64,000 bases of DNA from Octopus sinensis (lineage: Eukaryota). The notes beneath the pieces are model-generated. The model worked only from the letters and a program-made list of their open reading frames with translations. It ran no database searches and was not told the origin of the DNA. This document shows, one piece after another, positions 11,590 to 23,157 of the stretch. Within the stretch, counting starts at the first letter, position 1, and the number at the start of each line of letters is the position of its first letter. The position numbers and the translations under genes are program-made. The DNA lies in contig NW_021835962.1 in assembly GCF_006345805.1 (NCBI RefSeq), positions 124,001 to 188,000 on the forward strand, in the 5' to 3' direction.

Positions 11590-12340
11590 TTAGGCAATAT
11601 TATTCATTTTTGGCGACATCAAAGAATTTATTCCTCGAGTAAGTGTATCTTTGACATCTGTAAGGTGAAGTTTAAGGGACAGAAAGTCCTGCTCAATCTG
11701 CCGATAAACGAGTACTGGACAGTCCCCAGTTCAGGAGACTCAACACAAAAGTACTGGATTGATTTAAAACCGAAGACATGAAGCACGACCATTTTGAGGA
11801 ATGAGAAAAGCCCGCAGTAGTCAGGTGATTCCGGCATAAAGAAAACCATCCTGCTCATTTTCAACCACTTTGAGTCGATCGAAGAAGTCAATGTTGTAAT
11901 TAATATGATAAACAGTCATTTCCCCTTGTTGGCCAAGGAATTATCCAAACGGTAAGTAGAACTTTCTGGGAATTTAAAGATCTTCCTTTGATCGACTCGA
12001 ACTGAGTGTCCACGTGGACTTACTCTCCGTAAAGTGACTCAAGACAAAGATAGAGCAGTACATCAAAGAGAAAATTCTCCACTTGTTTGACCAGCTCCTG
12101 ACTTTAAGCGAATTTACTCAATCTGTCCAATTGAAAGTCAGTGCCCTTCACAAAAACGGTCGACCAGGTCCCCGTCCGCCTTCAGGTTGTCAAGTACAGT
12201 GTAGAGATCTGCCAAAATAATGGTCATATGACAGCTCGCTTTACGGAGTTGTGCTAGTGGCACCAAATGTGGGGTTTCCCCATGGTTGCAGTGCCCTGTT
12301 CACTTTTGACAAGTCTTTTATTTACTCCTTCTTTGAGGTA
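11590..12340 (-). pseudogene. YARS1: Cytoplasmic tyrosyl-tRNA synthetase pseudogene
   Basis: Colinear minus-strand blocks GTATMGKPHI, TIILADLYTVLDNLKA, VFVKGTDFQL, ELVKQVEN..LLY, VDTQF, VDQRKIF, GLFSFLKMV, LHLTDVKDTL..INSLMSP match eukaryotic TyrRS in order. Several stops, frameshifts and deletions. Confidence 0.85.
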
Positions 12341-12456
12341 ATCGAATTATTAAAAAATATTTCTCATCAACGTTTACACCAAGAGAAACATTATTATTAT
12401 TAATTTTAATCAATTGATTTTTTGAACTAAAAATGTAAATTATTCGAATAAGTTAT

Positions 12457-13845
12457 ATGAAGCACTTATCTGAGAGTGCACTACTTATTCCTGACCAAGC
12501 CTGTATCCTCAATTTCATCACAGTAAAGCACGTACTGTCATTCGCCTTCCTCGACACAATCCTCATCTGTTTGCTGTGGTGCATATTCGTGATGGTCTGT
12601 ATTCCTACCCCAATATTCAGGTCAACAAACCAGAAGTTAGTTTTGCATCCGAAATAATCCATTATTCATTCAAGACGTCACTTTTTGACTTTGTGGTGAG
12701 TTTTTTAGTTTATGTCAGTGTCTTTCCGTGTTTAGGGGCCTCCTCATTTCCCTGTGGTTTTTCGTCACTTTCCGCTACCGACTGGTCCTTCTGATTGTAA
12801 TCGACTCCCTCAAACTTAGTCTCTCGCATTTGGGACGACTGCCATGATTGTGGTCAAAATACTAAAGTACTACATGTTCACTAACTACCCCTCATCACAC
12901 ATACAAGCACTCAGTTTTGTCATTCCAATCCTCCTTCTGAGCTTTGCACTCTCCTGGCTGCAGTTGTGGAAACTGTCCAGTTCAGACATCACCGATAACT
13001 CCAGTCGGGCGGAATACAGAGGGGACTTGCACAAAAACGTGCAGGACTGGCTGGATCAGTCTGACCTGGCATCCTTTTATACAGTCCAGAGCAAATCCGG
13101 CAGAGATAAGATGGTATTTTGTCGCCTGACAACTCGAGGACATGGAAGAAGAGAAAAAAAAAGTTTGGCAAGTCGTTTTGCCAATTTTTGATTCGACATG
13201 TTGGAATTCGTGCTACAATGAAAACCAAGTCTCGATCTGGTCGTTGTCTCACCCTGAATTGGGGGATATTTTCTGTGGAAGGGTATTTCCTAACAAACAT
13301 GAAAGACTACGATTTTGGCACCCCTCGAATTGATCGTGTCTGAACTGATTCATAACGTAGAGAACAGTGTCGTGTGGGACAAGTCGATTTCCTCCATCAA
13401 TGTAATTATTTCTGTCATTTTAGAGGCGTGTTTTATCAGAGGATTCTGACGTGGTTATGATGGTATCCAAGGAAGTACTGAGAGGATTAATCAAGTCGAG
13501 GTATTCTAATTATCTTATCAGGTCAGAGTATTCACTTTCCGGAGGACATGGCAATATTTCCAGACAGAGGCCAGTCGTTCTTGTGTGCTTGCGAGCATAT
13601 CAGTGGTCCCAGAAAATACGGTGACACAAGTGAGAGGCACGATCAAGCTGGGGACAGGCTTCCGCATAGTCACCCTCCCCGATAACCTCTCATGTGAATT
13701 GTCCGTATTCTCCAACATGGATTTTAATGTTCATAATTATTCGTCACCATTCTAGATGAACATTCCCAACTCTATTCTCCACCGCGAACTCAAGAAAGGA
13801 CTACACAAATACATTTTCTCATTTAAGAATCACATTGAACAATGA
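12457..13845 (+). CDS. STARD3: STARD3/MLN64-like sterol transfer protein (MENTAL + START), 397 aa, 9 exons
   Basis: GT-AG introns 12595-12620, 12696-12718, 12797-12819, 13114-13138, 13283-13305, 13402-13423, 13501-13526 and 13729-13755 give one frame. MENTAL motifs DTILICLLWCI, EIIHYSFKTSLFDFVCLSVFR, IPILLLSFALSWLQLW. START motifs PLELIVSELI..VWDKSI, SRVFTFRR, QVRG, SNMDFNMNIPNSILH. Confidence 0.9.
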
Positions 13846-13962
13846 TTATTAATATTTAAATAAACCAGACAATATTTCTTTCAGGGTCTAAGCTCGCATA
13901 TACCTGTCGTCGGAAGGCAATGTCAAAGTAAATTGGTTTGGCCAACGGTCAAACGAATCTTC

Positions 13963-14395
13963 CTAAAGCCATATGAGCACATGGTGTTCGTCAGTCAGTT
14001 TTTTCTTCATCATCATTTCGCTAGCAGTTAGGACTTGCTCAAGCTGTAGTTTAAATTTGGCGATTTTCCCCCTCATTGATTCTTCCCAGATACTCTTAGG
14101 CCTGATGTTGTTGGTAAGGCTTTCATATGTGCACTGTCCTGCATAGATAATAGCGGTAATATCGATGATATTTAAATTTGGCAGGGGACCAATATATTGC
14201 TTGATTGATGCGTTGATTCCATTTAAAATGTTCTTTTTCAACAGTTGTCTTGGAATTTTCCTGGTTGGGACACGGAGCTTCCTTCCGGTTGTTCGCCAAT
14301 TTGGAAACAAAATTCTTCAAAACATTTTCTAAAAATGGACATTTCAGGCCACATACACTCCTCGACAAAAAATGATTCCTCAACCTAAATTCCAA
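13963..14395 (-). mobile_element. Probable N-terminal remnant of an R4/Dong-like retrotransposon ORF
   Basis: Two overlapping frameshifted ORFs (ITAIIYAGQCTYESLT..PKSIWEESMRGKI) resemble the pre-RT region of the family seen at 16878 and 39905. Recognition is from memory only. Confidence 0.3.
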
Positions 14396-14596
14396 CTATT
14401 TTTGTTTTTAAATCCAATAACTGTTTTATGAATCACTATTCTTACAAAATAATAGCGTACAAGTGTTAGGGAATAAAGAATGAAATTACCAAAAACATTC
14501 AAACACAATTAAAATTATTTTAAATATATTAAATTGTTTATTTTATTAAAACGATTTAATTATTATAAATAATAATAATTTAAGGACACGTATTTA

Positions 14597-15694
14597 ATGG
14601 GTGTTGTGAAAAAAAGTAATATTATTTCATCCCTGTTTTATTTTATGGGAATATTTTCAAGTTATTTAATCTATGGATTTTTTCAAGAAAAAATGTTAAA
14701 ATGTTTTTTTATTATTTTGTAGAACAAAATCAGTTTATATTAGTTCGGACAACCTAAAGACAAGATTCGAATATACTCTCACTTTGGTGTTTTGCTTATG
14801 TTTGGCCTCACTCGTGGCAGCCATAATCGGTAAATGAAATCCATTGAGTATATTTTAGCAAATTATATTATGAACGGCAAAATATGTCAGGAAAATAATA
14901 TTCCTTTTTATTATTTTATATCATGTGGAGTAACGTATGTGGTGGCAATGCTTGCTAGTAATTATGCATTAAAATATGTCAGTTACCCAACACAAGTTCT
15001 GGCAAAGTCTGTTAAGCCAATTTCTGTTTTATTCCTTGGCGTTCTGATTGGGCGGAAGAGATACTCAATCCATAAATATATTGCTGTGGCAGTAATAGTA
15101 CTGGGAATCACCGTGTTCTTCTACAAACCCAATTATTCTAATTTTGAGTCAAAACAGTCGAATGGGTTATTTCCCATTTTTCTCCTGGTTTTTTCTGTTT
15201 TTGAGACTTAGATTATTTCTTTGTTGTTTGATGGCTTCACTGGTGGAATCCAAGACAGGATAAAGTCTTTTTACAAACTTGATCCACTTATTTTAATGTT
15301 CAACATGAATTTGTGGTCGTGTCTTATTCTTTTTTCGGGTACATAAAATAATATGTATTTTAGTCATTTCATTCACCGGTGAATTCACGCGTTTTTTGAA
15401 ATTTGTAAGAATTCACCCAAAATTGTTGGGGAATATAATTTGTGCTGCGGGGACTAGTTCGATTGGTCAGGTTTGCTCGGTTTGAATGTACTTTAGCTTT
15501 TTATATTCGGAACTATTGCACATTTAGGACCACTTGTGTGTTCTATATTTACTACAACTAGAAAATTTTTTACGATTGTTCTGTCGGTGATTGTATTCGG
15601 GAACGAAATGATGGTTCATCAATGGATTTCAACTGCGGTCGTTTTTATAGGCATTGCCTACGACACTGTCTTCGGGAAGGGGGGTCGTTTATGA
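14597..15694 (+). CDS. SLC35B1: Nucleotide-sugar (UDP-galactose) transporter-related protein with five micro-introns
   Basis: Introns 14695-14722, 14830-14858, 15188-15211, 15339-15363 and 15471-15496 give one frame: YLIYGFFQEKIT, SNYALKYVSYPTQVLAKSVKPI, LLFDGFTGGIQD, GPLVCSIFTTTRKFFTI, QWISTAVVFIG. Confidence 0.93.
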
Positions 15695-16877
15695 CAAGTC
15701 GGATAAATATTTATGTAGGAATTTTGAATAACCTTTTAAATATTATGTATGGTTTTTGAGGTGTTTGTTTGATACGAGTTTATATTTGTGGGCATCTGAT
15801 TATTCTGCATAGTTACTGCTCAGTAATATTATCAGATTAGTATTGCCAATCCATGATGCCAGGGATCACCAAAACTCCAAACCATGTAAATTATCGCGTT
15901 TGTGACTGAATAGTAATCCCAGGGTTTCCTAATAGGTTTATCGTAATTGCAAGGCTGCCTAACATACGGATTTCAAACATGAATGGACTTCCGGATGGGA
16001 CGTCACAAGCTTCCAAGCTTTGTAACAGCCGCACAGCAATCAAAAAGGAAACTTATAAGACAGACTCATAATTCGGAACTAATTAAAATAATTAACTTCC
16101 TTGTTCTCTTTTGTAAAATTCTCTTTGTGCAACTGCCGCAAACAAGACCTTAGTCACCTACGGGCCTCTACATGCGCTGGTTCTGTTGTGGGTGTTGTTT
16201 AGTGTTTAAATTGCTCGAAGTTTTGCTTGTGTTCTAAAGAATTAGGAATTCAAATTTGGTTCGAGTATTCCCATAATAAATACAAAAACTTAAATCAAAA
16301 ACTGCCAGTCGTATCGCAAATGTACAATCAGGTGAGATTAATCACAAGTATTACTTTGTCGATAAAGAAAATTATAACATCATACTCTACAGCAGAGGTT
16401 TTCAAATGATGAGGCGCGCATCCCTAACGAGTTTTTTTCCTTCATTCTGAGGCCACATCTTTATATTGAACAATTAAAATTAGAAATTTTACTGAAACAA
16501 AAAAAGCATTTAACAATCAGGTATCCTCAAATCGCCAGAAAATATAAGAGCAAAAAATTAAAAAATTAACTTTATTAAAAATTGTTGACTACTAAAAAGC
16601 ATCAAAATTAGCTACTTTCAAGCATATAGAAACTCTGTTGAGTATGTGAACAATTCTGGACGATCATCTCCGAGCTATTAGTAGCTTAAGTTACCAGTAC
16701 GTCTGATTTATGGAAAATAACTATTGTTTGTTGTAAGTTATAAAACCGGTTGATAACTCAAATTTATGATTCAAAATCAGACCTTATAACTTGAATTATT
16801 TAGTTATCATTTTGAGCAGAAGAAATCAGATTTTATCAATCCCCCCTTCGACCCAATAAAATTTTCTCCAACATTAA

Positions 16878-17307
16878 TTACTTAATTTTCCTTTCAAATA
16901 ACTCAGAGTTTAAAAGAGCGTAAAATATTGGCTTATGGGACGGGTCTTGCTGCCTCAGTTCGATGATAAAATTATGAAAGATATTGAGTTTTAATGAAAA
17001 AACAAACAACAACAGAGGCATACTGTCGCCCTGTAATATGCCCCTCTCTACCTTAACCTCGTATTTGTTGTAGTGCATGTTCCATCTGTCCATTACAGTC
17101 ACAACAAATTTATAAAGTAAGAAGGCAAATTGAGTCTTTGCAGATACTCAACAAGGTAGGCATGGTCATCTTCTTCACATCCACCCACATCGACACTAGT
17201 GAGTTTCCGTAGGCTCTCGCAAGGCATTTGTTGATCAGTGCCTGTTCCTTAGCTGGCTGGCAATCCCTCCAAGTACCTGACTGGTTCTCGAACAGAATTC
17301 CATTCAC
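16878..17307 (-). mobile_element. R4/Dong-like RT fragment with internal deletion
   Basis: AKEQALINK..LVSMWVDVKK (RT domains 2-3) and ERGILQGDSMPLLLFV (domain 4). Confidence 0.7.
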
Positions 17308-17479
17308 CTCAGATTTTGCATGAATTTAAATTATCTTAACTTTTTGCTTACTTAATCTTACCACTAACGACAAACTATTATTTATATTTAATAATTACGG
17401 GTTAACACATAAAAATGGATGTAACGCTGTTTTAATAAAAGGGGCCTAAATTAACAAAAATTATTGTTCTTTCTCAAAT

Positions 17480-18240
17480 AAACGAACAGAGGAAATCATT
17501 TGCTGTGGATGATTGCGTCGCCGTATGAGAAAAGCTGGGATTGCCATTGCCATCTGATGTGACCTGCCAATCGGAGTGGACGTCGAAAGTCCACGCCAAT
17601 ACGTTTTCATGCCTAAAGGAAACCATGGACCAGAGAAGGTTGGCTTGTTTACAAGCGGGCAGCCAGCCCCTAAGCGGCGCGTGGCTAAACTGTTACCCTT
17701 GTAATACAACTGGCTGCCTTCTTAATGATGAAGCCGTAAGAATAGGAGTTTGTCTGCGCCTCGGTCTACGCGTCTATGCAAAACACCAATGCCGGTGCGG
17801 AATGTGGACTGACGAGTTTGGATATCACTCCCTCTCATGTCGAAACGGAATTGGACGTTCCTCACGGCATTCCGAACTGAACCAGATCATCTGTCGATCT
17901 CTTCGAACTGCTGGATTCCACACACAATTGGAACCTGCAGGGATTTTCGTAGAGGACGGCAGAAGACCCGATGGGATGACCACATTTCCATTCCAGAGGG
18001 GAAAGTGTCTGGTTTGGGACGTCACGTGTGTGAACTCCTTTTCTAATCAGAATATCAAATTATGTCATTGAGACGTCAGGAATACAGGGGCCTTCTACTC
18101 GGACCCTACTTTAGCGCATTGCCTCATTAATCGAAAGGGTTACCGGCGACCCGTGTGAGCACCGGAATTTAATCGAAAGTATCTATAGCAATAGTCAGAG
18201 GCAATACTCTGGCTATCTGCCAATGACTATTTCTCTTTTG
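17480..18240 (+). mobile_element. CRE 3' fragment with internal deletion
   Basis: SGAWLNCYPC..LLNDEAVRIGVCLRLG..CRCG..H..C..RHSELNQII..EPAG..DGRRPDG..WDVTCV, then IETSG..GP and AIVRGN. Confidence 0.85.
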
Positions 18241-18506
18241 ATTTAAAATATATTTTATATCGTCGAGAGACGGTTAGTTTTATTTAAAATTTATTATTAC
18301 AATAATACGGTAAATTTAAGTAATGCGAATATATTGATTTTCAAAGTATTTGATCTAGTTTTATGATTTTTATATGAAATGAATGTCATTTAGACAATTT
18401 TGTATCAATTTATCATGATAGATCGCGATAATACCCGGATATCAACACTTATTACAATACGTTTTAATTTGTATTTTTAAACACTTATAAAAATGTCTCT
18501 AATCAT

Positions 18507-18685
18507 TCATTGAGACGTCAGGAATACAGGGGCCTTCTACTCGGACCCTACTCCAGCGCATTGCCTCATTAATCGAAAGGGTTACCGGCGACCCGTGTGA
18601 GCACCGGTATTTAATCGAAAGAATATCTATGGCCATAGTCAGAGGAAATACTCTGGCTATCTGCCAATGACGATTTTTCTCTTGA
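18507..18685 (+). repeat. Second copy of the last about 175 bp of the preceding CRE fragment
   Basis: TCATTGAGACGTCAGG...CTGGCTATCTGCCAATGAC is nearly identical to 18065-18240. Confidence 0.9.
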
Positions 18686-20139
18686 CCTAATTTGTTTAAA
18701 AAAATTATTGTAATTTACGTCTTGCAAACAATATAAGTACGTATTTGTCGTTCTGTAAATTATTAAACTACTTTGAAATGAAAACTTGTTTATATTAATT
18801 TCTTTCTGAAATTTGCTCAAAAAATGTCCTTATATAACATGGATTTGGATGTCGAATCAAACTGAACTTGCTAGAATGTAGAGAGAGTTAAAGGGCAACC
18901 CTAAGATGAGCGTTAAAAGTTCAGCCGCGTCTTAAGGCTGTACTACAACAACCCCAAGATCCTAGAAAAGAAAAAGAATAAAAGAACACATACACATTTT
19001 ATGATGAAATTTAGACCAAAAAATCCCTCTTGTAAATCTTATAAGAAATGTACGCGTATCCAGTGCTGATTTAGTAAATATGAGTCCCCACTCCCAGAAT
19101 ATTATTAAGATCTCTACAATATAAAATGTCACAGTCCAGACGTGCGACCCGTACAGACGCGTTACACTTGTGTGCTTAGAAAAAAAATTGATTTTGTCAA
19201 TAAAAAATTTATAAATTGACAAATACCCATTTTTGCCAAGCTAACAAACGAACAAGTTTATTGTAATTAACCGAGAAAGAGAAAGTGACAGGAATTAAGG
19301 ACGGTGATAGGACGAGACTGATGCCAAGGCAACTGAACTCTTCTGAGCTTGCGTCCAATTTATCTGTCGTGAGCCAGAGTTAATAGTGGCTATGTTGCTG
19401 AATTGCTCCCTTCTAGCAGGAGCTCTTGCTGCATATCCATATCCACTCCAAGTTTGGTCAGGGCTCCTACACAGCGGCGGAATAATTCCAGTTGGGAATC
19501 TCTGTTGTGTAGGTCCTGATCCAAGTGGGCACCCCTACACCAATGTATACTTCAATTATGATAAAATATGGAAATCAAAATAATTGTGTTTATCATATTG
19601 AAAATGCATTGATGCTGCGTCAAAATTAGTTCATAAACTATGTAGCCCAGTTATAATGTAGGCTTGTTTTTTACGAGAATTTCTTCTCGACGCGTAGAAA
19701 GCCAGGCAGTAAACCTCATATGTGTTTCTTTATACTTTTCAAATAATTTCTTTTATATTGAAATTACATCACGAAATGCAAATATTTCTACATCACTGAT
19801 TATTCATATTTTATTATTGTTTCTTTCTCGTGCATGGGAGTTTTTCGTTTTAGATGTAGCCTCAGAGTAAAGATACAATTTTATATTTTCATTATACTTT
19901 AATTCATAAAATTAAAAAATATACCCATGCAAGTTATTCTTCATGAACGAATAAAAAGTTCGCTCGTAACAGTTGTGGACCAGGAAATAATATAATGTAC
20001 CCGAGACCCAGCTGTAATCTAGGCTTTTTATTAATAAAAAAATTTCTTTCCCCCGTAGGTGAAGTTTTCCGAAAAATACAACAGCATTTGTTTACTATGT
20101 TCATTGTACTTTAATAACATGATATTAGAAAATATATTC

Positions 20140-21207
20140 TGTCACCGGCTGAATAATGCCCTGGGTTGGATAATGCCCCCTCAACGTTATTTTAAAAAAA
20201 TAAATATTTTTTCAAATTAATTTTGATTAGATTTTTTGATTTTCTTAATTATTTTAGTAATTTATCAAAGTTTTTTTTTCAAATTAATCTAGCGTGAAAA
20301 TTTGTTTTGGTTATCTAAGTTTTCAAATTTGAAAAATAATAAGTATATTCGATCAAATCTATATTTCAGAAATGGTTTTACTCAACTTTACTAAAGATGA
20401 ACTTGAAGTAATCAAAAATATTCAAATAGATGTTTTTTATATTGACCGATTTCAGAAATCTGAAAAGAAAAGATACAGATGAGGACACATTTTGGAAGAG
20501 ATAAGTTGCTTTCGATATTGAGAAAGGAAATTTATGCAGTAACCCGAGACGAAATTACTGCTGTGATCTCAAAATGCGTTCACTGTCAGGTGCATATGTA
20601 TTGAATTATTTTTAGTCAAAAAAGTTGATGGCGACTAAGCCAACAATCACTCCTATTATTGCAAGAGGGCCTAAAGATCGCTATATTGCAGATTTAGTGG
20701 ATTTAAGAAGGTATGCTAGCCTTAATAGCGATAATGGATTGGTATTTTTTTGTATAAATTGTAGTTGGTTGTGGTTATAGACCCAGAGCATTATCCAGCC
20801 GGTGACATGAAATATCGGAGGTTGATAAAAACAAGTGCGTACTTAAAGATCTTAATGACGAATCATCCAAATATGTACAAAAAGTCGTATAAAAAAAATA
20901 TGACTCTTATAAAAAATTTTTATATAATAAAAATTCATGAATTTTTAATATTTATTTTTAAATGGTAGACCTAAAAAATTGTATAATTATAATAAAATAC
21001 GTTATTGATTCGGAAAAATTTTTGATGCCGGTTTTTGCCGACTCTTTGAAAAATTTTTTCAATCAAAAAATTGATAAAAAATTGAATAAATCGACTTAAT
21101 TCCATTATCAAGTTATTTTTAATTAATTATCAGGTTATTTTCGTTTGATTTTAAAAAAAATTTTAAGGGGGTATTATCCAACCCAGGGCATTATCCAGCC
21201 TGTGACA
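20140..21207 (+). mobile_element. Internally deleted Ginger (integrase-type) DNA transposon
   Basis: About 42-bp TIRs TGTCACCGGCTGAATAATGCCCTGGGTTGGATAATGCCCC with TGT...ACA ends. 5-bp TSD TATTC (20135-20139, 21208-21212). Integrase pieces TRDEITAVISKCVHCQ and PIIARGPKDRYIADLVD. Introns 20590-20615 and 20742-20764. Extra partial right TIR at 20781-20807. Confidence 0.85.
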
Positions 21208-21288
21208 TATTCATACAAATTATTCCCGTGGGGTTCATATATTTTTTATTTATAGTAAAATTCTATTACATAATGGTTGTTTGCTAAA

Positions 21289-23157
21289 CAGTGACTCTTC
21301 TGAAATTGGCCACCTCTGAAATTGACCACACTTATAAAATTATCTTAAGAAAAATTCGAATTTCCATTGAAAGTGGCCAATTCTCAAATTGACCATAAAT
21401 TTTAAAATATATTTTATATAATTTGCAAATTAATAAAATTTCAGTTATTTTATGTCTTCGAACAATTCTCGTGGTAATTATACTCGTCTCACTTTTTATC
21501 AAAAAATACAGATTTTAACTTATAAAAATCAAAATGAAGATGTTTCATGTCAGTATTTGGCTGATAGATTTTCCCATTTGTTTAAAAAGAAGATTTCCAG
21601 AAAAACAATTAATAATATTATTTTGAAAAAGATTTTTTTCTCAAAGAGTGTAAAAAACAAAATCTATCTTCAAAAAATGCGCATAGACTCAAGTTCCCAC
21701 AGCTTGATGGTATGTTAGTTGAATGGATGGATTCGATTGAGTCTAAAGGTAATTTGTACTAATTTATGATTAAGGTGGCTTTCTTAATGATGCTTTAATT
21801 TCAAATAAGGCTAATTTATTCGCAGCTGAATTAAAACTGGATAATTTTAAAAACTCAAATGGATACCTTCATAAATTCAAAAAGAGGCATGGTTTTCGAA
21901 TGACCAAGTTACATGGAGAAATGAGAACTAATGATCCAGTAGATGTCGACTTATTTATCGAAAAATTCATAGAAATATCAAAGAGTTATAATGCCGATCA
22001 AATTTATAACTTGGACGAAACGGGATTGTATTACAAGCTGATTCCTTCGAAGAGTATTTGTAGAAACAGATTTCAAGGATATAAAAATTTCAAAGATCGT
22101 GTTTCTATTATGCTATGTTCAAATATGAGTGGAAATCATAAATTGAAACCTGTGATGATCTCGAAACCTAAAATGCCAAGATGCTTTAAATCTTATGACT
22201 ATAAATGTTTCATTGATTATTATAGCTCAAAACGAGCTTGGATGACAGGAACAATTTTTACTAACTGGCTATTAAACTTTGATTACCATCTCAAAAATGA
22301 AAAAAAGCAAATTTTACTTCTCATGGACAATTGTCCTTCACATTGTGTTCCATCAAATTTGGATAACATAAAAATATTGTTTTTTCCTTCAAATAGTACT
22401 GGTCTTATTCAACCTATGGATTTGGGTATAATAAAAACATTTAAAACACATTTTACTTGACACAAGTTAATGTATTTGACTGATTTGTTGGAACAGCAAA
22501 ATATTTCAGTATACAGTTCCTACAAAAAGTTAACTCTAAAGGATACTGTAATTTTCGTAAAAATGGCTTGGGAAGATGTGTCTGAAAAAACGATTGCAAA
22601 TTGTTTCGGAATTTTAAGCAACCCATTCAAAAAGAATCATGTAGTTGAAGTTCAAGATATTGCAGTAGAAAAAACTGACATTTTTGATCCCTTAGAAGTC
22701 GAAGAATTTCTTAATTTTGAATATTCTGAAAATGATACATTTCAAGACGTTGAGGATATTGAAAATATAAAAAATGAAGAAGAAGTAGAAGCTGAAGTAG
22801 AATCCAATGAAGTAGAATCCAATGATTCAATTGACAAAGAAGACATTGTGGTTAAGTTAACTAAAATTGAAAACGACCTCCTAAAAAACATTGAGAACGA
22901 ACATGAAGTTCAATTGATTACATCCATAAGGTGCTATAAGGAAAATGTCATTAAAACTCAAAAAAAGCAGATGGGCATCCAATTCTACTTTAAGAACATT
23001 AATAATGCTTAATTACTTAAAATTTTCTGGATAAAAGTTGTTCTTATTCAAAATTTAATTTACACAAAAGATTGATTTTATTTCTCAAATTGGCCATTTC
23101 TCGAATTGACCACAAAAACACGTGGAACCAAAAATGGCCAATTTCAGAGGAGTCACG
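21289..23157 (+). mobile_element. pogo/Tigger DNA transposon, near full length but with a frameshift and a stop
   Basis: TIRs (CA)GTGACTCYTCTGAAATTGGCCA at both ends. HTH pieces at 21452-21900. DDE_1 region (IYNLDETGL, AWMTG, MDNCPSH, QPMDLGIIKTFK) at 21900-22460. Acidic tail to 23012. 26-nt intron at 21749-21774. Confidence 0.92.

Noticed and set aside
11594-12330. Plus-strand gene with GTAAGT micro-introns (11639-11664, 11952-11979)
   Set aside because: Stops remain after splicing, and the region is fully explained by the minus-strand TyrRS pseudogene.
5383-15694. Stop-codon reassignment to explain in-frame stops in host genes
   Set aside because: The stops fall inside micro-introns. The reconstructed genes and intact CRE ORFs end in TGA, TAG or TAA and contain no internal stops.
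19230-19600. Possible minus-strand LINE 3' end
   Set aside because: Only a vague LELFRRCVGA resemblance, with no RT motif or tail to support it.
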